Part shown: positions 16,693 to 31,024 of the stretch, piece by piece
Numbering within the stretch: the first letter of the stretch is position 1
Layout of the letters: each line of letters starts with the position of its first letter
NCBI GenBank assembly: GCA_030248215.1
Contig: JASANG010003711.1
Location: 434,001-498,000, forward strand
Length of the DNA stretch: 64,000 nucleotides
Origin: Enoplolaimus lenunculus
Lineage: Eukaryota
Direction of reading: 5' to 3'
Program-made: the position numbers and the translations under genes
Notes under the pieces: model-generated
Told to the model about the DNA's origin: nothing
Seen by the model: only the letters and a program-made list of their open reading frames with translations
The model's database searches: none

Positions 16693-19600
16693 TATACAAA
16701 AACTTGCACGTGTGAATAGGGCTTAAAATACTTTTGCATTTCAAAAAATCAAATGTCAAACAGCAGTCTTCGGTCGAAAGATGCCGTTGAAATTTTACGA
16801 TGTACAACAGATCAGGTCCCGGGTGTCATAGTTATAAAATATAATTTTCAGCTAGCTATGTAATTTTCTGGTCAACATCAATACACTGAAATAGCACACA
16901 AGTTTACGCATATACTGTATGTAGTTTATTATGGACATACTGAAAAGCGGACCAGCGCCGACTGCAGTTCCCCAAAATGCAAATGCAGTACAGAACACTG
17001 CCGTACTGAACACTTCATCATCAATCAATTCTATTTTAAAAGCCAAGATTTTAGTCGTTCCTTAGTGGCAACCCCCCCCCCCTAACGAATTCGACAACGT
17101 TCGATCTACAAATGCATCAAGACGAGGTGCTGGTTTTCTGTCTGGCATATGGAAATGCTTTTAACTCATTTTAGTAGAGGGTTTTTTATTAATAACAAAT
17201 CCTAAAAGTTTGATTGTTCTGTTTGACAGTAACACGAATTATCAAAGTGTTGGTTAAAAGTATTACATTAAATGCCGCAATATCTATAAGCATTTTGAAC
17301 ATTCATCCATTGTCTGTCTGTGCTATTATCAGGCGTGCAGCCAACGGTGGGTACAGGTATAGTCAGACCTTGCCGGAAAAACTACTTTGGCCTCCCTAAA
17401 ATATTTTCAACCTTGCTTGTAAGTCATTGAAACACTTTCTAAATCCTCAAAAAAATTGTAGCCTCCGAGCTAAAAATGTGCGCTGGTTACGATCTTGGCT
17501 AACAAACCATCATATTAGTGTGTTTTGTTGAACACATGGCATTTAGAACATTCGGCTGTTTAGTGATTGTACGAAAACATGCAGCGCATTTTCAAGTTAG
17601 TCAATTTTTTAGTTTAACGTACGTTCAAGCAAAAAAGGTGCACTACAGAATGTCGCTAAAAACTAAAAATCTATATATTAAAGCTGAAACGCCCCACATA
17701 CGTATTTTGGGCAACTTTCCAGCGTTACTTTGTTTTGTCTGTTTACAATTATTTTGGGAAATATACGTGAGTGTTGTATGAAAGAAAAGTTTGCAAAGAA
17801 AATTTTTTGGTGCTTTCGCTACATTTGCGCATTGCGCAAAGCTGGCAGACTTGTTAATATTATATCTATTTTGTTTCACCGTTAATATTGCATTTTTAGT
17901 TCGCGTGCATAATTGCCTCTGTGACTCTGAAACGCAGTAAATTAGCGGAGAAAGTAAACGACGAAAAAAAAACACACATTTGGCTGCGCCGTTTTAAGCC
18001 AGGAACACAGCGCACACTGTTACCTCCGTTGTCAATCTGTTCAAGTCAACAATTGTAAACCATGCTACATTTGACCGGTTCTACCGCGTTGTAGAGTATG
18101 TCACTTTGTTTAAATTGGTTACAATTTTGCTCTTAAGTACCACAAAAAAAATATCGGTTTCAAAGTTCACCCAAAACCTTCAAGACACACGCGCCAAAAA
18201 AGCCAAAAAATTTCGTACCTAGGATCGATCACTTATCCTAAACTGGGGTTACCTCGTACACGAGTGTACTCACTTTACACGCAAAAAAGTGATTTAAAAT
18301 CTGTTGTACGGCGAACCGGTGTAGTTTTTTTTGTGTTTCAAGCTGCCCACTGGTTGATGCAAGGGTAGGCTCTATCAGGCCATACTTTGCCAACAGCGAT
18401 CAAAACCAAAATTTTGTATTAAGATTTAGTGTATACTAAAATTACGTTTGGTTTCTCTCGTTCGTTCCGCTCGGGAGCTTTATTCGACTATTATGCGTGT
18501 CTTGCAGCTTTCCCCCCGTGAGAAATTTCTAAATCTGGCATTCAAGCTGCCACTCTTTACTCACCCCACTTACGAACCGTAGAGTTCTAACGACATCGCT
18601 ATACAGGTTTCGCTTTCAAAATGTGTGTTTTAGCAACCGATAATTGCATGCGATTCATCACATACAAACAGTAATTTTTGGGTGCTAAACACTGGGCGCC
18701 ATGTGTGAATAATTCTTGTCAAAAATATTGAGGTACAACTCAAGAGCTTTTCAAAACATATACATTTACAACAAATGGTTCCATATTTGTAACCCCTGTC
18801 AAAAAATTATCACAACAGGCTAAATGAACTTAGCTCCCCTAAAATAAAGGTCTTCACTAATACATTAAACTAAAAAAACTCAGAGGGTGGGTGATTTCTT
18901 TTAAAGTTAAACTCAGTAAAAACTCACCATTATACCAAAGCGCAAATAAAAACAGGAACGCAGCCAGAATTTCATTTCAGAAACGGATCCCCAAGTCTAA
19001 AAGCTTTTGCAAACGAGCCGAAAAATAACTTTTTTTTTACCTCTACAGGTTATTTATTCTACAGCCTTTTAAAAGTACCTGTTTGAACCTTAATACTGGA
19101 AATTTCAGCTAGAGATATATCCCCGCATCCCGTTTTGTATACAATCCCTGGTAAACACGTATATATACGGATATAGGATATAGAGTTGAATTTGGAATAC
19201 AGTTGAAACTATCCGATGTGTTTGAAAGAGCGATTGGAGTAGAACGGGACAATTTGTATGTTTTAGAATGATTTTTTTTCGTCTTTTCAAAAGTACAAAA
19301 TGTCGCGTGACTCGGTTACAAGTGACTGATTACGCTATCAAATATATCGAAAATCCGGAACCTGTTTCACCGTATTTGTCGTCGTGTTCGCGTTGTGGTT
19401 GTCCGCACCAGAGGCTGGGGGAACTTGGGCGCCAATGTCTTCCTCCCAATGAACTAAGCTAGTACCCCGCCTTCGAATCGGGCGTAAACTGCTATGACGA
19501 ACGTTTGACAGTTGCACGCCCCTCAAAAATGTTTTTTTCGTATCCCACTAGTTTAGTTTTCTGTCGACACATTTTGTTTGAAGACATGAACGTGTAGACA

Positions 19601-19883
19601 TTTGCAATTGCAACATAGATTTATTATCGCTAATATTAGGCTCGTAGCATTCCCCTATAACTATAGTAGCTATAAAATTTGATAGATCTAATATTAAGAA
19701 CACAGTTTGACTTTGATTGCCACGCGTATTTTAAGAAGTTGCACACTCTTGTATAAATATTCATTATCGATTTTTGATGTTACGAAGGGTCAAAATAGAA
19801 AGTGGGGCAATACTTATGTATATCCGGATTGGATATTATTTCACGCCCAAATATCCGGCATTTTTGGCGGATATTTAGTCGGA

Positions 19884-20245
19884 TACTCTCTCAAAGCTTA
19901 AATTAAGTAACTTGGTTTAAGTTCAAGCTAATCCGGCAGTCTTGGACTAACTTTCTAAATTAACTAAACTAACAAATAGGTTTACGTTTAGACTCAATTA
20001 AAATTATGTTTTCGGTTTAAGCTAAACTTAACGAACTCTTTGATACACATAATTTCTGAGCTGCACTTGCTACTTAAACTAAAAATAAGTTTGCTCAAAC
20101 TTGCGTTAAACTTAAAAACACGTTAGTTTAAGTAAATCTTAAAATTCTAGTTTAGTTAGTCCGTCCAGCCATTTAAGTTTTACTTAAACTGATATTCAAG
20201 TTTAATTGAGTAAGCTATAAATTAAGTTTAAGTTTTTACAGAGTA
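19884..20245. mobile_element. AT-rich element with short inverted ends, lying inside an (atatccggat)-motif repeat
   Basis: Ends tactctctcaaagcttaaa / ttttaagtttttacagagta. The interior is rich in aaactt/aagttt, and both flanks carry tccggat/ggatat motifs. Confidence 0.5.
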
Positions 20246-23200
20246 TACGGATATATATTTCTTTCCGGATACATATCCAAATAATATATTTCATATTCGA
20301 ATATCCCATACTAATCTATGATAAAGAACATGTCTAGCGGCCATGTGGTTAGACTATTACTGTACCACTTCACTATTCTAATTACTTCATTGCGAATTCA
20401 GTTTAAATTATATATAGTGTAAAAAAAGTTGGAAACATGAATATTGGTAGTAGACCCGTAGCCAGTTCACCTTGCTAGTTTGAGCTAAAAAAATCCTTAG
20501 GAGAGGTATACAAGGGTTCTCAAAGACTTACAAACATGCAAGGTTGAAATTTTTCTAGGGGGGGCAGAATTTTTTCATTGCAGGGTAGCTAAGCCCCCAT
20601 GGCGCCCCCCTTGACTAAACTAACAGATGTTGCATCGATAAGCGTCGCCAGGAGTTCGTTTAGGGAACGTATAGCCTGGTTTAAACGTAAAAATTTTACA
20701 CACTTTGGATAAAGCAGACTATTCTGAACCCTGTAATCGTGTGCTTTTTGCGTTCGCTTAATACTTAATTGAAATGGTGTTACATTCACTTTATCCCCCC
20801 TCTTTGTGCACTACCTTGGTTACAGCTGGTAATAAAACAATACAACCAGCCAGTTCTGTAACTGGTACATCGATGTCAAGAATTTGATTAAGCTTGACTT
20901 GACGTGCGCGAACTATCGCAAAAGCAAAAAGTGACAAGGTTTAGCGAAAAAGCATTCATATTAAACCAAAAACAATGTGCCATAGCCTACAAATAGGTTC
21001 TGAAATAGCAACAGTTCTGGCTATTCAGCGCCTTATCGCCACTAATTGATAAATCGTAAAGCTTTTCCGATTGTGAGCGATAAAATTTGGAACAAATATC
21101 GAAACTAATACTACTAACGGCTGTTGTACGCTTCACTCACACACTTGTAGCTTAGGCTTAAATTACAGAAAAGGTTTATTTAAGCCCGTACGGTTTGCCT
21201 AAGCCAGTACCTAAGAATGAGCCTAGCTCTAAGCCTGAGCCTTAGACTAAAGCCTAATCGTTAATCTTAAATGTGCGGGCGGCTGCGGAGCGTAGTGTAT
21301 AAGAACCCTACTTTGTATTACGCAAAATGTCAAGTAGTAAAGAATGCGTGAATTAGCTTAGAATTTTTATAACTTGGCCAAAAATCCGATATAATTGCAA
21401 ACGTTCACAAAGACATGACTGCGCTTATGCTACAGCACAGTGAAATGTATGTTCCAAAATAGGAACACTTACTTTGCTTGTTTCAACATTTCGCGACCTT
21501 TCGAGATCAACAGAACAAAAATAAAAACACAGTTTTGATTTTCTGTATATACAGTTGAACTGTACGATAAATAAAGGCAAAATTAATACAATGCAATTTA
21601 ATTTTTACGCTTCTATAAGGTAACAACAAAAACGAGCCATATTTGAGTGAAAAAATTTTCAATTTAAAATTTGAGACATTTGTTCGTGTATACTCAAATA
21701 TGAACTTTCGTGGTTTAAAATTTAGCAGCGAATGGTTAGGCAAAATACGAAACACCGAATTATGAAAAATTTTCTAATCCTTATAAATCCAAGCTGAAGA
21801 AATATCGAAAAACATACTTGGGCATTTAACATTTAACTAAAAGCTATGGCAAACAAAAATCAAATATTCTATCCTCATTCATGCTTGCATCAGCCTCAAG
21901 CTTTGTACAGATAACTAAAGCTAGCAGCTTAAACGCCTGCACACAGTTGACAGCAATTTGTTTTTCATTAATGTTATTGACAAAAAAGGATTTAGCTCTA
22001 AAAGGTTTCATAACGTTTGTAGAGTAAATCAACACAATCCTGCCGTTAATGTCGATGTTTAATTACTTAGCTAGTATGTTAGCTTCCAAAAAAAATTTTG
22101 GTTTCAGCTTTTCTCAATATGAATAACAACACAAAGCTCTGAATATTATCTGCGCATACGCCAGGATTATCTGAACTTTTAAGTTCACTTTATGTCCGTT
22201 TTCAATCGTTGTAAAAGGCAACAGCTTATACAGTTTTGACTGAAAAATTCATTTCATATACTACTATCAATATAAGTTATTTTTGTATCACAAACTGTAC
22301 AAAAAGTTGCCACAAAACTTTGAACAAAATCTACTACATCCGTAGAAGAATGATGCGCTAAACAGGAAAAAGGTTTGACTTTTTTGTTGTCTTTTGGCCA
22401 AACCCAAAAGATATTGAACACAAAACAGCGTGGCTATTTTTACGCACATCAAAAAATTAAACGGTTAAGTCCTGTGGGATGTTATTGTATAATCTAACAT
22501 TAATGCATCAGCAATTGTAACGCTAAAATTAGCGCTAACAGTTGTAACTTTAACAATAACAAACTGATTCACTTTCAAGGCGGAATTTAGATCTCAGATA
22601 AAATACGAAATATTCATGCAGCAAATGGTTAATGAATACATTTTCAATTATTAACTACAATTCTTTTTAGAACCGAGCGCTCCTATTGAGAGCAAGCAAA
22701 CTGTATGTGCCAAAAATTATACGCATTGCGCAGTGTTTAGCAACTGTTAACCGAATACCAACACATCTCATCTGGAAATATTAAGATGTTTGGAATTGTG
22801 ATTTTAAACAAAATGTAAAATGTTCAACTGGCAAAACGTTAACAATTAAATGGTTCGTTTTATTTTAATTGGAGAAGCACTGTGTTTGCTGGGTTACACT
22901 GCAGGGTGCAATTATAAAACAGTTGAAATTTTTTTGAAACTAAATAATTGTCAAATGATATTCGATCCGGTACTGTCTTCATCAGCCACTACTGATTATA
23001 AATGTATTCACTGATTTATACTAATATAATTAAAGCTAGAAATCCCCACATCCATATGTGGGCAGCGTTCCAGCTGATGTAATGATTGTTTCGTTTATAA
23101 ACAAGAGACAGCATATATATGCAAATAAGAACATATTCTTAAAACGTTTTCTGAAGAATATTTCATGGTTACAAATTTGCACTAATATTGACTAGTACTA

Positions 23201-24551
23201 GAACTATATCAATACGCTTTACGAAATACACAAAGCTTACTAATTGGCAACAATTGCGTGTTATTTTGTTTTTTACGGCGCCACAACAGCGCAAGGAAAC
23301 ATTTAATACAATATTTTCGATGTTTTAAATAAAATTTACTATACAAATTTAACAGAAACGTTGAGAACCACCGTACAATAATAACTTTATAAACTCAAAA
23401 ATCATATATAAGTTTCACAGTTGTTGAATGGTAGTTGCAACATTTTCTGACACCCAATCCGTCAGTTTTAATGAACCAATTCCAAAAAAATGATGTAAAA
23501 GCAGTCTGATATGCTTTGTTTTGCGCTATCAATTAAATGCTGTGCTGGGTGTGCCTGTTTTATGGGCAGGTATTCGTACTAAAACACTTTAATTCAGTTT
23601 TTAATGTTTTTGTCAAAATTAAATACCACACCTGAATGACATCTTTTTCAGCAACAGAGACAACTGCACAAAGTGGCTGCATGATTTGCTACGTCAACAT
23701 CTTAATGCGTTGTAGCAGACTAAGGTTCGCAGTAATTCTTCAAAACGTGTCGAAGTGAATTTTGCAAAATAGACCAAAAAATGAGTATCAGAAAACTGAT
23801 ATACCTAATGTGTGTGCTGTGTGTGCTAGCGCTAACATCAATATGTTAATCAATGCTAGCCGTCAAAATATATGGATATGATACAAAAGCAAACGCTGCC
23901 CAAATACGTATGAGCATTCCCGCTTTAAAAACAAATACTCTTGAACATCGGCCAAAACCCAGTATAATAGGAGAGTTGCACTTGTTCTGCAACTACGGAT
24001 TGCTAGTAGTATACTAACCGACGAACTGTGCAATGCGCAAAAGTGTTAACAAATGCAAAAAAATTATATGTAAATTGTCTAATAGAAAATTCCCGTTTAT
24101 GAGCTATGAAATTGTATTAAACAAAGTATACTGGAAACTTGCCCGAAATAGATATGTGAGGTAGGTATTCCAGCTTTAATTTTATAGATAGACAAATTTT
24201 CCATAGATCACAAAAATACCCGACTATAAATATAGTAACTTTAAAGTATATCTGGATTTCTTTTCTAAATCACTCAATGCTTCGGTGTTGGGTCTTTGGT
24301 TTTGTCGTAATTCACGAATTTGCCATGGTCACCGATCTGATTATTTTGTTGCGACAGCATCTGTGGAATTAATGCACTTGTCGTACATTGGAAACGTAAA
24401 TAATGTTGCCATGAGAAAAACACATCACACACATGTTGTTTCTCCGTAAAACATAAAAAATGCTATCAATAAATGCCAACAAACTTTACTGCGTGGCTTT
24501 TGTGAGCCGGATAATTGCAAACTACAAATTCAGGTTTAATTGGACGGTCGT

Positions 24552-24793
24552 ATACACATTCCCTATAGCTCCACTGTATTAACTCTTTCTCACATGAATA
24601 TTTTCGATTTCATATATACATTCCCTATAGCTCCACTGCATTTACGCTTTCTCACATGAATATTTTCGATTTCAGATCAGATGCACTTTCAAGGTAAGAT
24701 TCGATCCTCAGTCTCTCGGGTGAGAGGCGTTTACGATGACCACTCAGCTATAGGAGCTTGACGCTCGAGCTCGAGAAGGCTCTCACGTCTTGT
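24552..24793 (-). mobile_element. tRNA-derived SINE-like element with tandemly duplicated ~60-bp tail
   Basis: Minus strand reads GCTCCTATAGCTGAGTGG (A box)...GGATCGAATC (degenerate B box). Homologous to 63150-63302. Tail cattccctatagctccactg...ttttcgatttca occurs twice within 24552-24674. Confidence 0.75.
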
Positions 24794-25299
24794 AGAGATT
24801 TTGCACTGCACATATATGTTAGAATTGTTAAACACTGCTCACAGTGTCTGGGTTGCTCATAATATATTACGTGTATTTACTTGTTCATAGTATACTCAAT
24901 GAGTTAAAGGGTTATAGATACTAACTGAGAATTTTTCCATTATAATAATTGTTTAAGTTTTAAGTTAAAAACGTTCAATTTTGCAACCAAAAATTACACA
25001 AGATAGCAGTCTGAGGCAACAAATATTTTTCTTGCCTTATTGCCCAGCGAACAGTTGAAAAGCTATATTTAGCGGTTGAAATTTTAGATGGAAAAACTTA
25101 TTTCAAAACTCGACAGGTGCAACCAGCGTTTACCCACATTAAAACTGACGGAAAATGATATAATGAATGGCGTTTCACGCATAATTAGCAACAATTGTTG
25201 CAAAAACAAGACAAACGTATTAAAAACTGGTAAAAACAGCGCCTGCACGACTTTTCGATATAATAATCATCATATTTTTATACTGAGCACATTTTAAGC

Positions 25300-25875
25300 C
25301 GTTCTTCCACAGCCTGCATTTACCCAAAATGGTTCTATTTTTAAAATTGTTGCGTATTTGAGGTTTTCACAAACTCCCCTGATCATTGCGGTCTTAAATT
25401 TGAAATTTTGAAAAATTTGATTTTTTGAGGACCCAAGGTTCTTACGGGACACAAAAAAATTTTGTCAAAAACCTTTACAAACTATATATCATTCGACACA
25501 GCTTGCAGAGCTGAGTGGAATAGTGTTCAATGCTCTACAATTAGACGATTGGTTAACGAATTATGGTCAAATAACTAATTTAGCGTAGTCTCAAATCGTT
25601 GGCAGCGCGTCAAATCAGTTATTTGACAATAACTGGTTAATCAGAGGTTTGACTGTGCAAAACATAAACACAATGGGACTCATCTCCGCAGGCTGCGTCA
25701 AATGGTATATAATTTCTCTAAATTTTTTGGGTCTTTTAGGGGGATCTTAAAAAACTAACTTTTCCAATATTCCTATTTGGTCGTTGACTGACAACGGGAG
25801 GCAGGAAGAAGTTCAAGTATGTAAGAATTTTTAAAAATTCAACCATTCATGGGCAAACGCCGGCTGGGGATAACC
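25300..25875. mobile_element. Long imperfect palindrome (foldback-type element, ~575 bp)
   Basis: Arm pairs: aatggttctatttttaaaa/ttttaaaaattcaaccatt; tatatatcattcgacacagcttgcagagctgagt/actcatctccgcaggctgcgtcaaatggtatata; gtcaaataacta/cagttatttgac. Centre near 25595. Confidence 0.75.
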
Positions 25876-25970
25876 AACAAGACACTGCGGTTAGCCTACG
25901 TTTTTCATAGGTGCTTTGAAACACAGTTGATGATTATACGTTGAAAATACAACCATAAAGGTTGCTTAGT

Positions 25971-26147
25971 CAGTGGCGGATTCAGAATCTCAAAATGGGG
26001 GGGGGGGGCAAAATTTCACCGGTAATAAACTTATTTTTGACCCACACACAAATCACAAACTATTGTCACAAAATTGCTATATAATTTTTGTCGTGATGCT
26101 GTTGGGGGCGGCCACCGCCGGAGTGGCCCCCCATGGATCCGCCATTG
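25971..26147. mobile_element. hAT-like MITE family B (CAGTGGCGGAT termini)
   Basis: TIR cagtggcggat/atccgccattg with 8-bp TSD tgcttagt/cgcttggt. Near-identical inverted copy at 44376-44549. Confidence 0.82.
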
Positions 26148-26406
26148 CGCTTGGTTAATATGCGCGAAGCGCAAATTGTTTTCACATGTTTTTCAGAACA
26201 CGGGCAGAAACTTACAAATTAGGCGAAAAAAAATTCTTCGGCTCGTACTAAATGGGGGGAGCCCCATCGTCCCCCTTATCACCACCCTTGCTTGACACAG
26301 AAAGCTTTATGAATAATTGTGTCGGAAAACAATAATTATAATAGACAAACGAGAAATGAAAAAATGTTCCATGCAACTAAAATGAAATAATTATCACAGT
26401 AATACT

Positions 26407-26661
26407 CACTGTAAATCCCATAGTGAGTTGATTTTAATTCATAATGAATTGAATTACTCAGTCTAAATTAGGTCTTTCAGAACTCAGAATTCTGAATTGA
26501 TTAAACTTTTGAGTAAAATTAATTGACGCGCCCGACATTAACTTTTATTCAGGATGAGAACCAACTCAACTCAGAACGAATTAATGCACACTGTGATATT
26601 AACTCATAACCAATTAATTCACTAGTAGAGTTGATTAATCAACTGATTGGCATCTACAATG
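26407..26661. mobile_element. CACTG-ended MITE (CMC/EnSpm-like termini)
   Basis: TIR cactgtaaatccca / tggcatctacaatg with internal gagtt/aactc motifs. A related left end lies at ~5253. Confidence 0.5.
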
Positions 26662-29600
26662 CCGATACCAATTCGATTTTTAAACGGAACAGGCGTAGCA
26701 AAACTGTTCTCTGCTTGAAAAACGTTAATTTTGCAATTATTTTTTTTATAAATTTTACATGTCTTCCAGATTGCGTGTGTACACATTTTATGTAATTTTT
26801 TTGCTATGGGTTAAGTTTCACGCGTAGGTTCTATAGCAGCGTAGCATTAATCATTTAACCCACGACAAACAAGCGATAAGCGGTCAAATTTTCCTGTTCA
26901 CAGAGCTGTGAACAGTCGTTTTGTCATTTGTATCATGAAGCAACAAAATTAAAACCTTTTTACAATGGTTTCAAAGTTTTCTAATTACTGACAGATTTTG
27001 GTTGTACATTTTCCCTACAGGCTTAGGGATTATTTTTTTGCGACGGCTAAGTCAAAGCATAAACCTTAAATGTGGAGCGCGGAAAAGGCCTACCGATAAG
27101 GCGTTATATATTTTGCCAAGAATTTTACTTCTACTGGGTACGAAGCCGGGGTGCAAATTCAGGAGGCACATAACCACGTCATTACTATTATATAATTGCC
27201 GCTGCGTAAAGTTTACATTTTACTTCATTTTGGTGTTAATTTAAAACAGTAGTAATTAGCAACAATTATGCTTGTTTTGCACTTAGAAAATTGAACGCAT
27301 AAAAAATGACCAGTATCTAACTTTCATAGCTCGTAAGCTCGTAAAGCATACACTTTATTATTCCGTAGTATTTGCCTTTAAATACAAACACTAAATTGTA
27401 ATATATGATATACACGTTACCCTATGCGTATAGTAAATCGAGTGCTCGCTTACAATTCCAAATAAAGACAGAAAAATCAGCTCAAACACTCTCTAACGAC
27501 ACCATTATTTCAGACTTTAACTACAAAATGGGTTCAATTTCATTAAAATAAGTTACATTTTTAATATATCAAACTATTACGTTGTTCAGTATAATCACAT
27601 AGCTAGCAAACAACTATCCTAAAACAATCAATATTGTATAAAGCTTTTTATAAATATTAAACACTGGACACTAGAGTATCCACTTTATATACAAATCGTT
27701 GCCATCGTTGTACGTGACACGTTTTCCATCCGGTACAACGCTCTAGTTGCAACAGCTGATAGTGACACGTAAAACTGATTGTCTCCAATAGGTTTATCGC
27801 ATTATCGCCACGGGTGCCGCAAGGATATACAGCGTGTACAGTTTCATATAAAATAAAATTTTTTATGACCCCTACAATCCGTTAAGCCTGGTTCTGTCAT
27901 CTTATGAAATTTCGATGGACAAGATATACCTCATATCCCTCATCCTGTATACATGGTTTTGGACTTTCACAACTACTGTCGTACGCACACAAGCACAACC
28001 AAAAAAATTATATCATCGGCGTTCTTTTAATGCCGACAACAAAAGAGTATTTTTTGTACCAAGGGTTATGTTTTTTTCTTCGTTAGTCAAAACTAAAAAT
28101 GAAACTAAATTATATTCTGTTACACTGCTGTGCGTCGCATGCAAAGAGACCTAGGTGCTATACTCCGGAACGTGGACGTATACAAGACAGGGATACACGG
28201 ATTATACTCGGAAATTTCTTGAAACATTCGAAAAATACAATTTTACAAGCTGTAATACACCTGCAAAGGTCAAATATTTTTCTCATTCGCTACGCTCGCT
28301 TACAAAAAAAACTTTCAATCCGTTATCATCTCTCCAAACGAACTCTTGTCAACGCCTCTGCCCCGGCAACAAATTCAATGCAAGCGATACGGATACTATA
28401 AGTATATATAGTGTGAAACGGTTTTGCGTACATAAGTTCACTATCATATGGCATGTCTTACAGGTTTGTAAGTATTTTGTAGCGGGCGTTTTTTTTCTAC
28501 TTTTCTGCTCTTTTTCTCTCTCTCTCGATGCTCCTACTCTTGGACTTGTACTCAATTTGCTACTAAAACGCAACAAACCAAACTGCTCTCACTTGGTTCT
28601 CCAACATTTTGAAGTGAAGACAGCAGAGTTGCAGAGAGTACTAGTTTGTGTCACATGAAACACTATAAATACATCTTCGATAGTTGCGAATAAGCTGCTA
28701 ACAGCAATAAACACATACGATATATATACATATATATTATACATATATGTATATATAATGTATATACAAAAGTATGCGTCTGTATGGACGGGGGTGTACT
28801 CTTAGAAGACATTCTTGAGAAATGAGCTTGTATACGCTCAGTTGTGTATAGGCACTCTCGTCAAGACCTTGAAAAAAACTATACGGTTGTTAAAAAAGCT
28901 GCCAACGAAAGGGCGAAAACCATTCTACAACTAAACCCGATACGAGTGGAAACAGGCCACCCGGCTTGCTGGCTGGCTGGTTGGACTGGACGGCTACAAA
29001 ATGCGAATGCTGCTCTCAGGTCAATGGCAACCCTGAGCGTATGCGACAGGGGCGTATATAACACGAACGCTGGATGATATGTCTTTTTCCGTAAATTTCT
29101 GAAGAAACAAGAAAAAATAGCAGTTTTAACAGACTTTTCAATATAATCTCGATATTAGAGATCAAAGAAATGTTCCTATACATTAAGATAAACCCGTCAA
29201 ACTTGAAATCGTTGCAACACCATTGTTATACTGAATAACTGCGGCCAGTGCGCGTAAAACTGGGCAAAAAATTGTGACAAAATGAAACTCTGTAGTAGTG
29301 GTTTTACTTTTATATATTGTAGATCCAGGTGTTTGGCCCGTATACAAGGGTCATTAAAGGATATATCTATTTGAAACTTTCAAAAAAATAAGTATATATA
29401 TGTACATGTTTCACAAATATATATAACCAGCTGGTTTTTACAGTATAATACAAAAAGATTTTCGGTTTTCACTATGCTCGATAATGCTGACTGCGGCCAT
29501 ATCCTGTTTTGTTGTGAACCAAGGTTGCTAGGCGTTTGGCGACAACGGTTTAAGCCAAACTCCCAGTGGTCCGCATTAAGTATGATGGAACAAAATTACT

Positions 29601-29689
29601 AGTGTCTGCTACGAAAAAAATTCTTGTGCGTGAAATGAGCCAACGCTTCATTAACTGCGCAGCACGAGTGTTGCGCTTAGATTTTGGAA

Positions 29690-29912
29690 GATGGCGGATC
29701 CATGGGGGGCCACCGACAAAAATTATATAGAGAGTCAATTGCTGTTCTACGCTGTTTATTTCTTTGTTTTATACACAATAGTATAAGCAGCTTATAATAA
29801 GCTCCGTCTTATTTCATCCCCTATCATTTGGGACACACAGTATGCGCCAAAAATAAGTTTATTACCTGGGAAATTTTGGCTCCCCCATTTTGAGATCCTG
29901 GATCCGCCACTG
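29690..29912. mobile_element. hAT-like MITE family B, longer variant
   Basis: tggcggatccatggggggcc ... ttttgagatcctggatccgccactg, with ggaaga on both flanks. Confidence 0.75.
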
Positions 29913-30831
29913 GGAAGAACCCATATTGCTGATTTAAGAAAGCAGTAACAAATTACAGTCGCGATGTGCTTATTTTTTCCACTTTAGTTTCCAGTAAAAT
30001 TTTCAGAGAATCGTTGAATGTCAAAAACAGAAAAATCCTAGTGAAATTTATCACATTGTAAAAAGCACAAAACTACGAAACAATTTGAACAACCTGCAAT
30101 CCCAACAAAAATTGATTATATTCTGATTTATATACACGCAAATTTAGCCGATGGTTTTATGTCAAATCGTAGGCAAATACGAAAATTACCGGATCCGTAG
30201 GCAAACAAATTTTGCCACAACCAGAGGTAAAGATGATGTTAAATTTACTAATTTTAACAGTAATATATATATGAAATGTGAGTTTTAGCGATATAGGATT
30301 GGATACGCATTAGAAAAAAATTCGTTCAAGACCGATTCTATACAAATACGACCTTTAAACCAATACTAAACTCGATATCTTCATAAATTTTGATATGTTG
30401 CTAGCTTTTTAATACAAAACTCAGGGTGGAAATATGGCATTTGCAGTTTGCATACACGATGCACAATGACAAACTGAACCGAGTAAACATCAACTATAAT
30501 CTTCACAAAATAAAACAAGTAAAATTTTTTGCAAAATACGTTTTCTGCTAAAATTTGCCATTGTAATCAACAAAACACAAAACAGATATAAGAAATAAAT
30601 GAGAGGCTTAAAAAATGTATAATCTCAGTCCGTAAATCCTACGTAAAACATAACACTACCAAACACTGATTCCAAACACGTCTTATTTCTTTAGCCGGCA
30701 CACCCTAATCTTTTTGATACCGAATTATTAATTTTGCCAGCAGTTGCCACGTTCTCTGCAATTTTTTATTCAACATCGCTCCACACCCTAAACAACCCCA
30801 TAGCCAGTCAAAAAATTCTATTAGTAGAGAA

Positions 30832-31024
30832 TGCCATGTAAAGAACAGGGGCGGAACACTATTATAAGCATATACCTAAGCCTAAGCCTAAGCCAAAACC
30901 TTAGCATAAGCGTAAGAATGAGCATATCCCTAAGCCTAAGCCAAGCAAAAAATAGTCCAACGTTTAAGCTTACTCTTTTCTAGTCTCACAGAAAAACGTT
31001 TCGCCCCTGATCTTTACATGAGCC
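30832..31024. mobile_element. MITE with internal (CCTAAG)n
   Basis: TIR catgtaaagaacaggggcgg / tcgcccctgatctttacatg; interior cctaagcctaagcctaagcc. Confidence 0.75.

Noticed and set aside
28155..28658. 167-aa ORF and other short intergenic ORFs
   Set aside because: Non-ATG starts, no recognisable domain, and many overlap MITEs; expected by chance.
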